Part shown: one piece after another, positions 9,271-18,467 of the stretch
Numbering within the stretch: position 1 is the first letter of the stretch
Layout of the letters: each line of letters starts with the position of its first letter
Origin: Armatimonadota bacterium
Lineage (GTDB): Bacteria > Armatimonadota > Armatimonadia > Armatimonadales > Armatimonadaceae
Assembly: GCA_043754515.1 (NCBI GenBank)
Contig: JAYUUO010000001.1
Span: 538-64,537 of the forward strand
Reading direction: 5' to 3'
DNA: 64,000 bases
Notes under the pieces: generated by a model
Told to the model about the DNA's origin: nothing
What the model saw: the letters and a program-made list of their open reading frames with translations, nothing else
Databases searched by the model: none
Made by a program: the position numbers and the translations under genes

Positions 9271-9691
9271 CCCGCTCGAAGTCCGCCTTGCTCCCGAACC
9301 CTAACGCTTCAACCCGGTCGAAATACGGCGTGTAGACAGTCACGTCGTCCTGTTCCAAATTCTGTACGCCCCAGATGGATTCGATCACCCATTCGAGCCA
9401 GCGCGCGGGCGGCGGGTACTTGCGGAAGTAGGCTATACGAGTCGCTTCATCGAACTGCTTTCCCTCCCGCCAATGGGCGAACGCCATCATATAGCTTTCG
9501 CCGCCGCCCATTCGCCACCCGATGCTGTACGGGTGACAATCCTCCTGGTATATCCACGGCGGCGGGACGTCTCCATGCGCGACGACGAGTTGCCGAACCT
9601 CATCCTCAACACCGAGCACTTCGGAGTCGCTTGTTACATCTGCCGCTGTTCCCTCTGTATTCGGCAACTCCGTGATTTCCTGCACACCCAA
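9239..9691 (-). CDS. hypothetical acidic protein (150 aa)
   Basis: ORF with a TTG/GTG start. The motif PPPWIYQEDCHPYSIGWRMGGGESYMMAFAHW looks like a folded domain, but I cannot assign a family. Confidence 0.45.
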   Translation of the reverse strand: MGVQEITELPNTEGTAADVTSDSEVLGVEDEVRQLVVAHGDVPPPWIYQEDCHPYSIGWRMGGGESYMMAFAHWREGKQFDEATRIAYFRKYPPPARWLEWVIESIWGVQNLEQDDVTVYTPYFDRVEALGFGSKADFERDANDPKWHDD

Positions 9692-9921
9692 CGACCGAAG
9701 ACGGTCAGCCTCTTTATGCGTGACGTGTGAGGGCGTCTAACTCCATGCTGTAAATCCAGACGTGTTCGGAAACCTCATCACCTTCTTCTAAGAGGATTCG
9801 GAGGTCATCTTTGGCTCCACGGGCCAATCATCAATATCTTCCATGAAAGACACAGGTATCTACTTCTCCTGTTGCGCCATGTCCGGGGGCGCGGTCCGTC
9901 GCGCCCTCATCCCGACTCCGT

Positions 9922-11826
9922 TTACGCTCGCGTCTGCTCCACCGCCTCCGGCGCGTAGTGAATATCCCGCGCCGCGATCTCGGCGGTCAAGTCCGCCACG
10001 AACTGGTCGAGCGGCTTCGGCCCCAGGTCGCCGCGCTCGCGCTGGCGCACCGCCACCGTGCCGTTCTCGATGTCGCGGTCGCCGATCACGAGCATGTACG
10101 GCACTTTGGCGACCTGCGCCTCGGCGATCTTTTTGCCCGTCTTCTCCGACCGGGTGTCTACCGTGGCCCGTACCCCCGCCTCGATCAGCCGCTGCTTGAA
10201 TACCTCGCACCATCCCACGTGCCGATCCGCGATCGGTAGCAAACGTACCTGCTCCGGCGCGAGCCACGTCGGGAACGCGCCCGCGTAATGCTCGATCAGG
10301 AACGCGATCATGCGCTCCATCGTGGACAGGTAGCCGCGATGGATCATCACCGGGCGATGTGGCTTCGAATCGTCGCCGATATATTCCAGCTTGAACTGAG
10401 CGGGGAGGTGGCGGTCCACCTGCACCGTGGAGACCGTCTCCTCGCGCCCCAGTACGTTCCGTAACTGAATGTCAATCTTCGGGCCGTAGAACGCCGCCTC
10501 GCCGACGCCCTCGTAGAAGGGCAGATTTAGCTCCGCGAATACCTCGCGCAGTTCGCCTTCCGCCGTGGCCCATAGTTCGGGATTGTTCACATATTTTTCG
10601 CTGTTCACCGGGTCGTGGAGCGACAGCCGGTACCGGTACTCTGAGATACCAAGACGACGGTATGCGTCCTCGATCAGTAGGATGCTCTTTTTAACTTCCT
10701 CTTTGACCTGATCCTCGCGACAGAAGATGTGTGCGTCGGAGAGGGTCATGGCGCGGACGCGGGACAGGCCAGAAATCTCCCCGGCCTTTTCCCAGCGGAA
10801 CATCATCCCGAGCTCCGCGTAGCGCACCGGCAGCTCGCGATACGAGCGCATTTCGTTCTTGAAGATCTGGATGTGGTGCGGGCAGTTCATCGGGCGCAAC
10901 ACGAACTCCTCGTTGTCAATCTTCATCACCGGGAACATGCTGTCTTTGTAGTGCTCCCAGTGCCCCGAAATCTCGTACAGGTGCTTATGCGCCAGCACCG
11001 GCGTGTAAACGTGCTCGTAGCCGTTTAGCCGCTCCATGTCTTGCAGGAACCGCTCCAGCGTCATGCGGACCGCCGAGCCGTTTGGGAGCCAGAGAGGCAA
11101 TCCTGGCCCGATCTCGCCCGACGTCGCGAAGATGCCGAGTTGCTTTCCGAGCACCTTGTGGTCGCGTTTCTTCGCCCCTTCGAGCCGCTCCAAGTGTTCG
11201 GCGAGTTGCGTCTTTTTATCGAACGCGACGCCGTAGATGCGCGTAAGTTGGGGGTTCTTCTCCGAGCCGCGCCAATAAGCACCGGCGATGCTCATCAGTT
11301 TGAACGCGCCGACGCGCCCGGTGCTGGCGATATGTGGCCCCTTGCACAGGTCGGTAAAATCGCCCTGTGTGAAGAAGGAAATCTCCGCCTCGTCCGGCAA
11401 ATCGTCAATCAGGGCGACCTTGAACGGCTGCCCCTCCGCCTCGAACCGGGCGCGGGCTTCCTCTCGGGAGACGATGGAGCGTGTCAGCGGCAGGTTCTGC
11501 TTCACGATGCGTGCCATGCGCTCCTCAAGAGCGGGCAGATCGTCGGGCGTCAGCGGGCGAGAGAACTTGAAATCGTAGTAGAAGCCGTTCTCGATCACCG
11601 GCCCGATGCCGAGCTGGGTGTCAGGAAATATTTCTTGCACGGCTTGTGCGAGGACATGCGCGGTGGTGTGCCGCATGCGGGACACGAAATCGGACGGCGC
11701 GTCCGTCGCGGTTGCTTCTCGTTCCTGATCGGCGGGGGTATCGGTTTGGGCGTTCGGCGATTCGGCGGGCGGCACGGCGGGCGAGGCGTCCGGCGCGCCG
11801 CCATTCATAACTTCGGGCATAAACAT
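9922..11826 (-). CDS. thrS: threonine--tRNA ligase (TGS domain absent)
   Basis: Collinear with ThrRS from RHTTAHVLAQAV...GPVIENGFYYDF through the class II core and anticodon-binding domain. Start placed at MFMPEV (ATG 11824-11826). TAA stop. Confidence 0.93.
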   Translation of the reverse strand: MFMPEVMNGGAPDASPAVPPAESPNAQTDTPADQEREATATDAPSDFVSRMRHTTAHVLAQAVQEIFPDTQLGIGPVIENGFYYDFKFSRPLTPDDLPALEERMARIVKQNLPLTRSIVSREEARARFEAEGQPFKVALIDDLPDEAEISFFTQGDFTDLCKGPHIASTGRVGAFKLMSIAGAYWRGSEKNPQLTRIYGVAFDKKTQLAEHLERLEGAKKRDHKVLGKQLGIFATSGEIGPGLPLWLPNGSAVRMTLERFLQDMERLNGYEHVYTPVLAHKHLYEISGHWEHYKDSMFPVMKIDNEEFVLRPMNCPHHIQIFKNEMRSYRELPVRYAELGMMFRWEKAGEISGLSRVRAMTLSDAHIFCREDQVKEEVKKSILLIEDAYRRLGISEYRYRLSLHDPVNSEKYVNNPELWATAEGELREVFAELNLPFYEGVGEAAFYGPKIDIQLRNVLGREETVSTVQVDRHLPAQFKLEYIGDDSKPHRPVMIHRGYLSTMERMIAFLIEHYAGAFPTWLAPEQVRLLPIADRHVGWCEVFKQRLIEAGVRATVDTRSEKTGKKIAEAQVAKVPYMLVIGDRDIENGTVAVRQRERGDLGPKPLDQFVADLTAEIAARDIHYAPEAVEQTRA

Positions 11827-11922
11827 AGGGTACTCCCACACAACAGGATAAGGCAGTATAGCGCGGGCGGGCCGGTTTGCATAATCGGCGACGCGCGGGC
11901 CGCGACGCGGTACCATGAAAGC

Positions 11923-13317
11923 GTGCCCGAATACGATGAGAACGTGCTGGAAAACGAAACGGAGGTATCCCTCGCCGGGCTACGGGACGCCCTGCGCTCG
12001 GCGCGGCGGTGGCGCGAACTGCTCTCGGACGCCGACCGGCGGATGCTACTCGCCGACATCGCGCGGGTCGGGCTTGTGATCGCCCGCGACCTGTCCCCCT
12101 GTGTACAGGATCTGGACATCGGCGACGCGAACACGCAAACCGCCGCGTCGCCGATGGAACGGCTCGCGTTCCTAAAAACAACGATTCCGCGCGTTCTCGC
12201 CGCCGTCGCCCGGCTCCACGCGGAGCCGCCCGCCGCCCTTCGCGTCGCCGCGCGGGATGTTCCCCTGGAATGGGCGCGGCGCATTTCCCCCGCCGCGCTC
12301 CGCGATCTGGCGCGGAAGCCGCCCGCGATCTCCGGCACCAACCGTGTTCAGGAGACGGTGTTCCTGCCGACGAACGATACCATCCCCGTACGCGCCGCGA
12401 AAACCATCGTCGCGACGTTCGCCCGTGATGTTTCGATGATCGCCGAGCTAGCACGGGAGGGGGACGCGCCTGCCGCGGCCGCCGACGCGGAACGATTGCG
12501 GGCGCACCTCCAAATCGCGCTCCGGCACTCGTTCTGGCGAGACCTGCCCCCTCTTCCGCGCGTGCCTCCGCTACCACTGACGCTCCGCGCGAGCGGGGTA
12601 CACTGCCTGCTGCACGACGCCTATAACCGGTACCGGCGTGGGTTCGCCTGGGATTGGTCGCACCCGCTCTTCCGCCTCGCCTCGCGCGAGACGTGGCTAC
12701 TGTACGAATACTGGTGCGTGTTCATGGTCGTGGAAGCCGCGCGAAGCCTCGGCTTCCGCGCCTCGGGCGAGACGGACGTCGTGCGGATCGGTCGGAGCGG
12801 CGTCGCGCTATCCCTCGCCACGAACAGTTCTTCGCGGGTGGTGTTGTGGGACGGCGGGCGGGCGGTCACCATCAGGTACCAGAGTCATTTCCCCCGCGCC
12901 CGATCCGGCACTCCCGGCTTCCACTCACGCGCCTCGGCGATGACGCCCGACATCACGCTGGAGCACGACGGGCGCATTCTGATCCTAGACGCGAAGTTCA
13001 AAACGTACGCGGAGCGGGATACCGCGCAAGGGCCGGGCGTCTACCTTTCCGCGCTCGATGATCTGCGGCAACTCCATTCGTACCGCGACGCGATCCGCTC
13101 GGGGGATGAACAGCCGGTACGCGCCGCGTGGGGTTTGTATCCGGGGCGGGTTGGCGGGCGGAACCGCGCCGTGATCGCGTTCCCCGAGCTGCTCCCGACG
13201 CGCCCGTTCGGGAACGGCGAAGTCGGGGCGATACTTCTGCGTCCGGGGAAAACTGGTGGAAGCACGCTCGCCGCGCTAGTCGCGGCGTTCCTCGGGGGTC
13301 AGTTGCCGCAGAAATAG
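11923..13317 (+). CDS. McrC/DUF524-like PD-(D/E)xK nuclease-domain protein
   Basis: Only the part of ORF 11041-13317 beyond the thrS start is plausible. GTG 11923 is the first in-frame start after thrS. The C-terminal motif PDITLEHDGRILILDAKFKTY...LHSYRD fits PD...D-x-K. The start is uncertain. Confidence 0.6.
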   Translation: MPEYDENVLENETEVSLAGLRDALRSARRWRELLSDADRRMLLADIARVGLVIARDLSPCVQDLDIGDANTQTAASPMERLAFLKTTIPRVLAAVARLHAEPPAALRVAARDVPLEWARRISPAALRDLARKPPAISGTNRVQETVFLPTNDTIPVRAAKTIVATFARDVSMIAELAREGDAPAAAADAERLRAHLQIALRHSFWRDLPPLPRVPPLPLTLRASGVHCLLHDAYNRYRRGFAWDWSHPLFRLASRETWLLYEYWCVFMVVEAARSLGFRASGETDVVRIGRSGVALSLATNSSSRVVLWDGGRAVTIRYQSHFPRARSGTPGFHSRASAMTPDITLEHDGRILILDAKFKTYAERDTAQGPGVYLSALDDLRQLHSYRDAIRSGDEQPVRAAWGLYPGRVGGRNRAVIAFPELLPTRPFGNGEVGAILLRPGKTGGSTLAALVAAFLGGQLPQK

Positions 13318-14102
13318 TCGCGATACCGGTCGGTTTGGATGCGCCCGAACTGCATGACCGTGGGTTCCGTCTCCCCGACGGAACCCTCATAAGTGTCGGC
13401 GGTGCCGGGTTGCTTCAGCCCCGATGCGTCCGCGCGGCGCAACCGGGTGATCGAATGGCGCAGAATGTCTCGCTCCGTGCCCAGCCGTTCGCGGGTGCTG
13501 GTCTGTTCCAGCAGGGTTTGTTTGGTCTCGTTCTCCACCGGCAGGATGCAGGCGGTGATGAGCGAAAGTGTGGCAGGGTTGCGCGGCAGATCGAACTCCA
13601 CGACCCGCTGACCCATCTGGGCGAGCTGGCGCGTCAGGAACTCTTTGAGCAGATTCCCGACCTCGTCTCCTAGATCGGCGGTGACCTCGGTCTCCGCCCC
13701 GACCGGCACGGTGTCACCGAGCGACTCCACGATGCCAGTACGGTACGACTCGACCTCGTGTTGCTCGATCAGGCGGAACCGCTCCACGCCCTCGATCTCG
13801 ACGTCCATCTTGCCCTCGGCGAGTTGTTCGACGTGCGTGATGCGCGCGGAGCAGCCGACGCGGAACGTCTTGACGCGGCGCGGGTTGCGCGTCGGCGGCT
13901 GGTCGGAGCGCAGGAGAATCACGCCGAACAGACGGTTCTCGTCGAGACAGCGGGTTAGCATCTCTTTGTATCGCTCCTCGAAGATGTGGAGCGATATTTT
14001 CATGCCCGGAAAGAGGACGATGTCGAGCGGGAACAGGGGCATCTCTCCCATGCTTCGTTCGGGCCGGGGGCGGGGGGCGTTTCGTTCTTCGGGGGAAGCC
14101 AT
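13299..14102 (-). CDS. LON N-terminal (substrate-binding) domain protein
   Basis: MPLFPLDIVLFPGMKISLHIFEERYKEM... is the typical LON_substr_bdg start. There is no ATPase or protease part. Confidence 0.8.
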   Translation of the reverse strand: MASPEERNAPRPRPERSMGEMPLFPLDIVLFPGMKISLHIFEERYKEMLTRCLDENRLFGVILLRSDQPPTRNPRRVKTFRVGCSARITHVEQLAEGKMDVEIEGVERFRLIEQHEVESYRTGIVESLGDTVPVGAETEVTADLGDEVGNLLKEFLTRQLAQMGQRVVEFDLPRNPATLSLITACILPVENETKQTLLEQTSTRERLGTERDILRHSITRLRRADASGLKQPGTADTYEGSVGETEPTVMQFGRIQTDRYRDYFCGN

Positions 14103-14117
14103 AAGTGGTCTTTTCCG

Positions 14118-14405
14118 TTACGCGGCGGGAAGGGTGGACGCGAAGCCTTTCGCGACGCCCAACTTGAGAAACTCTTCGCAGGAGGCGGGTAGCGGCGCGG
14201 AGTCCTTCGCCGCCGCGTTATAGCGGCGCGTGGCCTCCTGCGCGAACTGAAGCGGCGACATGCGCTTGATCACCGCGCCGATCAGGAACCCGGCTTCCTG
14301 GGCGACGCGTTCTTGCATCTTGGTCGTGATCTCTTCCGCCGTGTCGCCCTCTACCACTTCATTTACGCGTATATCGCCGGTCTGAAAATGTACATGCAGT
14401 TTCAT
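14118..14405 (-). CDS. hypothetical protein (95 aa)
   Basis: ORF 14118-14504, with start placed at ATG 14405 (MKLHVHFQTGD...). It ends 15 nt upstream of the LON-N gene, so they are probably co-transcribed. Confidence 0.5.
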   Translation of the reverse strand: MKLHVHFQTGDIRVNEVVEGDTAEEITTKMQERVAQEAGFLIGAVIKRMSPLQFAQEATRRYNAAAKDSAPLPASCEEFLKLGVAKGFASTLPAA

Positions 14406-14597
14406 CGTTAAACTCCCGCCCGATTGATTATAGCCTCGCCGCCCGCGCCGCGTCAACCGGTGGTTAATGACAACTTCACGCGGTACAATGGAACCGATTC
14501 TCACGCTTTGGTGGGAATGGGGCGACCGTCGCGAGTTGGCACGGTTCGTTTTTTTTTGCGGGTGCCCCCCGTGCCCGGTTTTACGCGCCCGCGACTC

Positions 14598-14623
14598 TTC
14601 TAAAGTGTTATTTCACTTTAGAA
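14598..14623. promoter_or_regulatory. perfect 10-bp inverted repeat (operator candidate)
   Basis: TTCTAAAGTG ttattt CACTTTAGAA, AT-rich within a GC-rich divergent intergenic region, about 40 nt upstream of the ABC-F ATG. Confidence 0.4.
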
Positions 14624-14663
14624 ATGGTTACGGCGATACCCGAAAGGATTAAAGGTTACCTCC

Positions 14664-16229
14664 ATGCTTACCGTTGAAAAATTACACAAATCGTTCGGTG
14701 CCCAGGTCGTATTAAAAGAAGTCAATCTCGTGATCGGCAATCAGGAACGCGTCGGGGTCGTCGGGCACAACGGCGCGGGCAAGTCCACGCTGATAAAGAT
14801 CCTGGGCAACCTGGAGGAGCCAGATAAAGGCATCGTAGACGTTCACGGCGCGAGTGTCGGCTACCTGAACCAGGAGTCGCAGTGCCGCCTCGGCGTCACC
14901 GTCGGCGACGAAATGCGCGACGCGCTCCCCGGCGTCGCCGATGTCGAGGCGCAACTCGCCGCCGCCGCGAACAACGTGGACATGAACGCCCTGGCGAAAG
15001 CCACCGACGACATGCACCGCTTGGAGACGCACACGCTGAACGCGCGCATCGGCCGCGTCCTGTCCGGCCTCGGCTTCGAGCAGGGTGCCGTAGACCGTCT
15101 GACCGACACCTACTCGGGCGGCTGGCAGATGCGGATCGCGATGGCGAAACTGCTCCTGCAAGAGCCGGATTACCTGTTCCTCGATGAGCCGACGAACCAT
15201 TTGGACACGTCTGCGAAATACTGGCTGATGTACGACTACATTCCGTCCTACCCCGGCTCCGTGGTGGTCATCTCGCACGAGCCGGAGTTTTTGAACGTGG
15301 TTTCCCACCGGATCGTGGAGGTGGACGCGGGCGAGATCAAAGAGTACAAGGGCAACTACGACGACTACCTGCAACAGAAGCAGGAGGCCCATGATCGCCA
15401 GCTGAAGGAGTACGAGGCTCAGCAGAAGGAACTGGCCGACGTGCGCGAATTCATCGCCAAGTTTAAGGGCAATAAGTCGAAAGCGGGCCTCGTGGAGTCG
15501 CGCATCAAGATGCTCGACAAGCTCGACATTAAGGCGCGGCCGCGCGACCGGCAGAAGACGATCTATCTGCAACTGCCGCCGCCCCCCGGCTCGTCGCCCG
15601 ACCCGGTGACGATCCGCAACGTGGTGAAGAAGTACGGCGAGCGGACGATCCTGGATGACGTGTCGCTGGAGATCGTGCGCGGCGACAAGATCGCACTCGT
15701 CGGCCCGAACGGCGCGGGCAAGTCCACGCTACTGAAACTGGTGGCGGGCGTGGAGCCGATCACGAGCGGCAACATTGAGGTGCGCCCTAAGACAATCATC
15801 GCGTACTTCGCGCAACACCAGGCCGAGGCACTGATCGCGAACCGCACGGTGATCGAGGAGACGCTGTACGGATTGGATCACGCGGTCGAGGAGTTGGCGC
15901 GCGGCCTACTCGCGCGGCTTCTGTTCCGCAACGACGAGGTGTTCAAAAAAGTAGGCGTTCTGTCCGGCGGGGAGCGGTCACGCGTGGCACTGGCGAAGTT
16001 CCTGCTCCGCCCAGCGAACTTCTACCTGCTCGATGAACCGACCAACCATTTGGACCAGGCGGCGCGGGCGGTTCTTGTCGAGGCGTTGTCGCGCTTCGAG
16101 GGGACGATCCTGATGGCGAGCCACGACATTGAACTGATCGAGAACGCGGCGACGGGCGTGTTCGAGGTCGAGAACGGCAAACTGATCATGGTCAAGGACC
16201 CGGTGATCGCCCGCATTAAGGAAGATTAA
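14664..16229 (+). CDS. ABC-F family ATPase (two ABC domains, no TM domain)
   Basis: Two Walker A motifs (GHNGAGKST, GPNGAGKST), two signatures (LSGGWQMR, LSGGERSR) and a charged linker between the domains. Confidence 0.9.
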   Translation: MLTVEKLHKSFGAQVVLKEVNLVIGNQERVGVVGHNGAGKSTLIKILGNLEEPDKGIVDVHGASVGYLNQESQCRLGVTVGDEMRDALPGVADVEAQLAAAANNVDMNALAKATDDMHRLETHTLNARIGRVLSGLGFEQGAVDRLTDTYSGGWQMRIAMAKLLLQEPDYLFLDEPTNHLDTSAKYWLMYDYIPSYPGSVVVISHEPEFLNVVSHRIVEVDAGEIKEYKGNYDDYLQQKQEAHDRQLKEYEAQQKELADVREFIAKFKGNKSKAGLVESRIKMLDKLDIKARPRDRQKTIYLQLPPPPGSSPDPVTIRNVVKKYGERTILDDVSLEIVRGDKIALVGPNGAGKSTLLKLVAGVEPITSGNIEVRPKTIIAYFAQHQAEALIANRTVIEETLYGLDHAVEELARGLLARLLFRNDEVFKKVGVLSGGERSRVALAKFLLRPANFYLLDEPTNHLDQAARAVLVEALSRFEGTILMASHDIELIENAATGVFEVENGKLIMVKDPVIARIKED

Positions 16230-16249
16230 TCGGGGAGTGGATCTACACA

Positions 16250-16284
16250 AAGGCGGCTGAACCGTACCCCGGTTCAGCCGCCTT
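16250..16284. terminator. hairpin between convergent genes
   Basis: 15-bp perfect stem AAGGCGGCTGAACCG / CGGTTCAGCCGCCTT with a 5-nt loop, between the ABC-F stop (16229) and the stop of the minus-strand membrane gene (16316). The U-tract is weak. Confidence 0.5.
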
Positions 16285-16315
16285 CGTACGTCGAACTTTC
16301 TACTCGCGCACCATT

Positions 16316-16699
16316 CTACTGCCAGCCTTGGTGGGGCCTCTCGTTAGCTGTGAGTGCGTGAAGTGCTACGCCGGTCATGACGAACGCCCAACCGGCACCA
16401 CATAAGCACGCCGATAAGTAGTTACCGAACATCAGGTAGCCGAATAAAACACCCGCGATACCCATGAGGATGGTGAGTGTGTTCTCAGTGACATGCCACG
16501 GCGCGGTGTAGTGACTCTGCCCCGTCGCGCGGATGACGAGGAAGGCCAGGGAGCGCAGGAGCGTGGCGACGACCAGTGCCGCGAGACAGGTCGCGGCTAG
16601 GGATTCCGGTGCCTGCCATCCTTTCACGTCGCACAGATAGTTATATACGGGGATAAGGGCGGACGCGCCCGCACCGCCATTCACCGCCAGCTCACCCAT
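16316..16699 (-). CDS. small integral membrane protein (127 aa)
   Basis: Only the part from ATG 16699 (MGELAVNGG...) is plausible. It has three to four hydrophobic helices. The rest of ORF 16316-17110 overlaps the HlyD gene. Confidence 0.5.
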   Translation of the reverse strand: MGELAVNGGAGASALIPVYNYLCDVKGWQAPESLAATCLAALVVATLLRSLAFLVIRATGQSHYTAPWHVTENTLTILMGIAGVLFGYLMFGNYLSACLCGAGWAFVMTGVALHALTANERPHQGWQ

Positions 16700-16865
16700 G
16701 TTCACCCCGCGTTTCTCTGCTTCGCTTTCAACGAAGCATGTTACCGTCTGAATATACCCCCTAAATCGGTCCGGTGTGCAACCAAAGTGGGAATACGGTG
16801 TCAACTGCGGTGTGCCAAAACGCGGTGCCCCGTCGCTCCCCCTAGAGAGCGCGGCATGACGCGGC

Positions 16866-18467
16866 ATGAAGGGATTCGTAGCGAACGTGAAGCAACGCTG
16901 GTGGATTGCTATTGTGTTGATCGTACTCGTCGGGGGCGGCTGGATGTACATCCGACAAAAGGCGGCGGCGAAGGCGAAGGAAAGTGCCATCGGGCGCACC
17001 ACAAAAGTGGGCCGGGGCGATGTCACCATTAAAGTGACCGAAACGGGAACGCTGGAACCGGTGTCGCAGGTGGACGTGAAGTCGCGGGTCGCTGGCCGTC
17101 TCCAGCGCATATTCGTGAAGGAGGGTCAGCCCATACGGGCGGGCGATCCCATCGCCATCGTTGACCCGACCGAGGTCACGCGGCAGGTCGAGGGCGTCAA
17201 AGCGCAACTCGCCGCGTCGCAAGCCAGCCTCGCGCAGGCGGAGCAAAACTACCACCTCAGCGTCCAGCAAACGCGGCTCGCTATCTCCCGCGCAACCGTG
17301 GCCCTGCGGCAAGCCGAATCCGGCTACAAAGACGCCGAGATCGGACTTGCGCAGGCGCGATCTCAGTACAAACAGACAGCCGCGCCGAACCGGTCACAGG
17401 ACATTTCTTCCGCGCAGTTCGCCGTCGCCCGGTCCGAGGCGCAACTTGCCGACACGAAGCGCACGCTGACGCGGCAACAGAGCCTCGTAGACAAGGGGTT
17501 CGTCGCGCAGTCGGCGGCGGACTCGGCGGGGGTGCAGGTGACGTTCGCAGAGAAGGACCTGCAAACCCAGCGCGAACGGCTCGCCCTGCTCAAGGAAGGC
17601 CCGCGCCGCGAGGACATCGCGACCTCGAAAATCGGGATCGAGGCGGCGCGGTCGCGCCTCGTGGGGCAACAGGCGGCGGTGGACGCGGCGCGGGTCGCGC
17701 TCGAAACGGAGCGGGCGAACGCGGCGTTGGCGGGCTTGCGTCTGCGCGACGTTGACCGGTCCCGCGCCGACGTGCGCCAGATCGAGAACCAACTCGCCCA
17801 GCAGTCGGTGCAACTTTCGGAAACACGCATCGTGGCACCCATCAGCGGCGAGATCACCGGCAAATATCAGGAAGAAGGCGAACTGATCGCGTCCGCGACG
17901 GCGGGGTTCGCGCAGGGCGCGGCGGTGGTATCTATCGCGGATCTGTCCAAAATGCAGGTGCGCGTGAACATCAACGAGGTGGATGTCGCGCGGGTCAAGG
18001 TCGGGCAACCGGTGGAAATCTCTGTGGACAGCGTGCCCGGCAAGCGGTACGTGGGCCGCGTCTCCGCCATCGCCGCCGCCGCCATCGGCAAATCGCTCAA
18101 GCGCGACGCGGCGTCGGCGGGGCAGACGTCCGGCACGGGGGGCGTGGTGCGATTCGAGGTAAAGGTGACCGTGGACAACGTTGACCGGCGGCTACGCCCC
18201 GGTATGACCGCCGTGGTGGACATTATTCTCGAACGGCACAAAAACGTCCTCACGCTTCCCGCCGAAGCGATCAAGCCGAACGACAGCGTCTCCCTCGTCG
18301 CGGGGGTCGGTAAGGATCGCAAAACGGGCGACCGCAAGATCACGACCGGTCTCAAGAACGACGCGGAAGTGGAGATCACGACCGGGGTTTCGGAGGGTGA
18401 TACGGTGGAGATTCCGAAGATCAGTGCCAAAGACCGGCGCAAGATCAAGTTCAACGGACCTGACTAG
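16866..18467 (+). CDS. HlyD/MacA-type periplasmic adaptor (membrane fusion) protein
   Basis: N-terminal TM anchor (WWIAIVLIVLVGGGW), lipoyl-like GRLQRIFVKEGQPIRAGDPIA, a long coiled-coil and a C-terminal beta-barrel (GMTAVVDI). Confidence 0.85.
   Translation: MKGFVANVKQRWWIAIVLIVLVGGGWMYIRQKAAAKAKESAIGRTTKVGRGDVTIKVTETGTLEPVSQVDVKSRVAGRLQRIFVKEGQPIRAGDPIAIVDPTEVTRQVEGVKAQLAASQASLAQAEQNYHLSVQQTRLAISRATVALRQAESGYKDAEIGLAQARSQYKQTAAPNRSQDISSAQFAVARSEAQLADTKRTLTRQQSLVDKGFVAQSAADSAGVQVTFAEKDLQTQRERLALLKEGPRREDIATSKIGIEAARSRLVGQQAAVDAARVALETERANAALAGLRLRDVDRSRADVRQIENQLAQQSVQLSETRIVAPISGEITGKYQEEGELIASATAGFAQGAAVVSIADLSKMQVRVNINEVDVARVKVGQPVEISVDSVPGKRYVGRVSAIAAAAIGKSLKRDAASAGQTSGTGGVVRFEVKVTVDNVDRRLRPGMTAVVDIILERHKNVLTLPAEAIKPNDSVSLVAGVGKDRKTGDRKITTGLKNDAEVEITTGVSEGDTVEIPKISAKDRRKIKFNGPD

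Noticed and set aside
11621-12577. Long ORFs antisense to or overlapping confident genes. Examples are 11621-12577, 11805-12341, 21893-23413, 59818-60654, 14712-15572, 3965-4633 and 25336-26265. The N-terminal parts of ORFs 5897-8452, 11041-13317 and 51326-52747 belong to the same class.
   Set aside because: They are Arg/Ala/Pro/Gly-rich translations typical of off-frame or antisense reading of high-GC coding DNA. They have no motifs, and each overlaps a gene with clear family signatures. The true starts of the three long ORFs were placed at internal start codons: 6752 and 51629 (the former preceded by an RBS) and 11923.
14664-18467. The ABC-F ATPase and the HlyD adaptor as parts of a MacAB-like efflux pump.
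   Set aside because: The ATPase is a soluble two-domain ABC-F with no permease. It is separated from the adaptor by a convergent membrane-protein gene and a hairpin. No MacB-type permease or outer-membrane factor is present.
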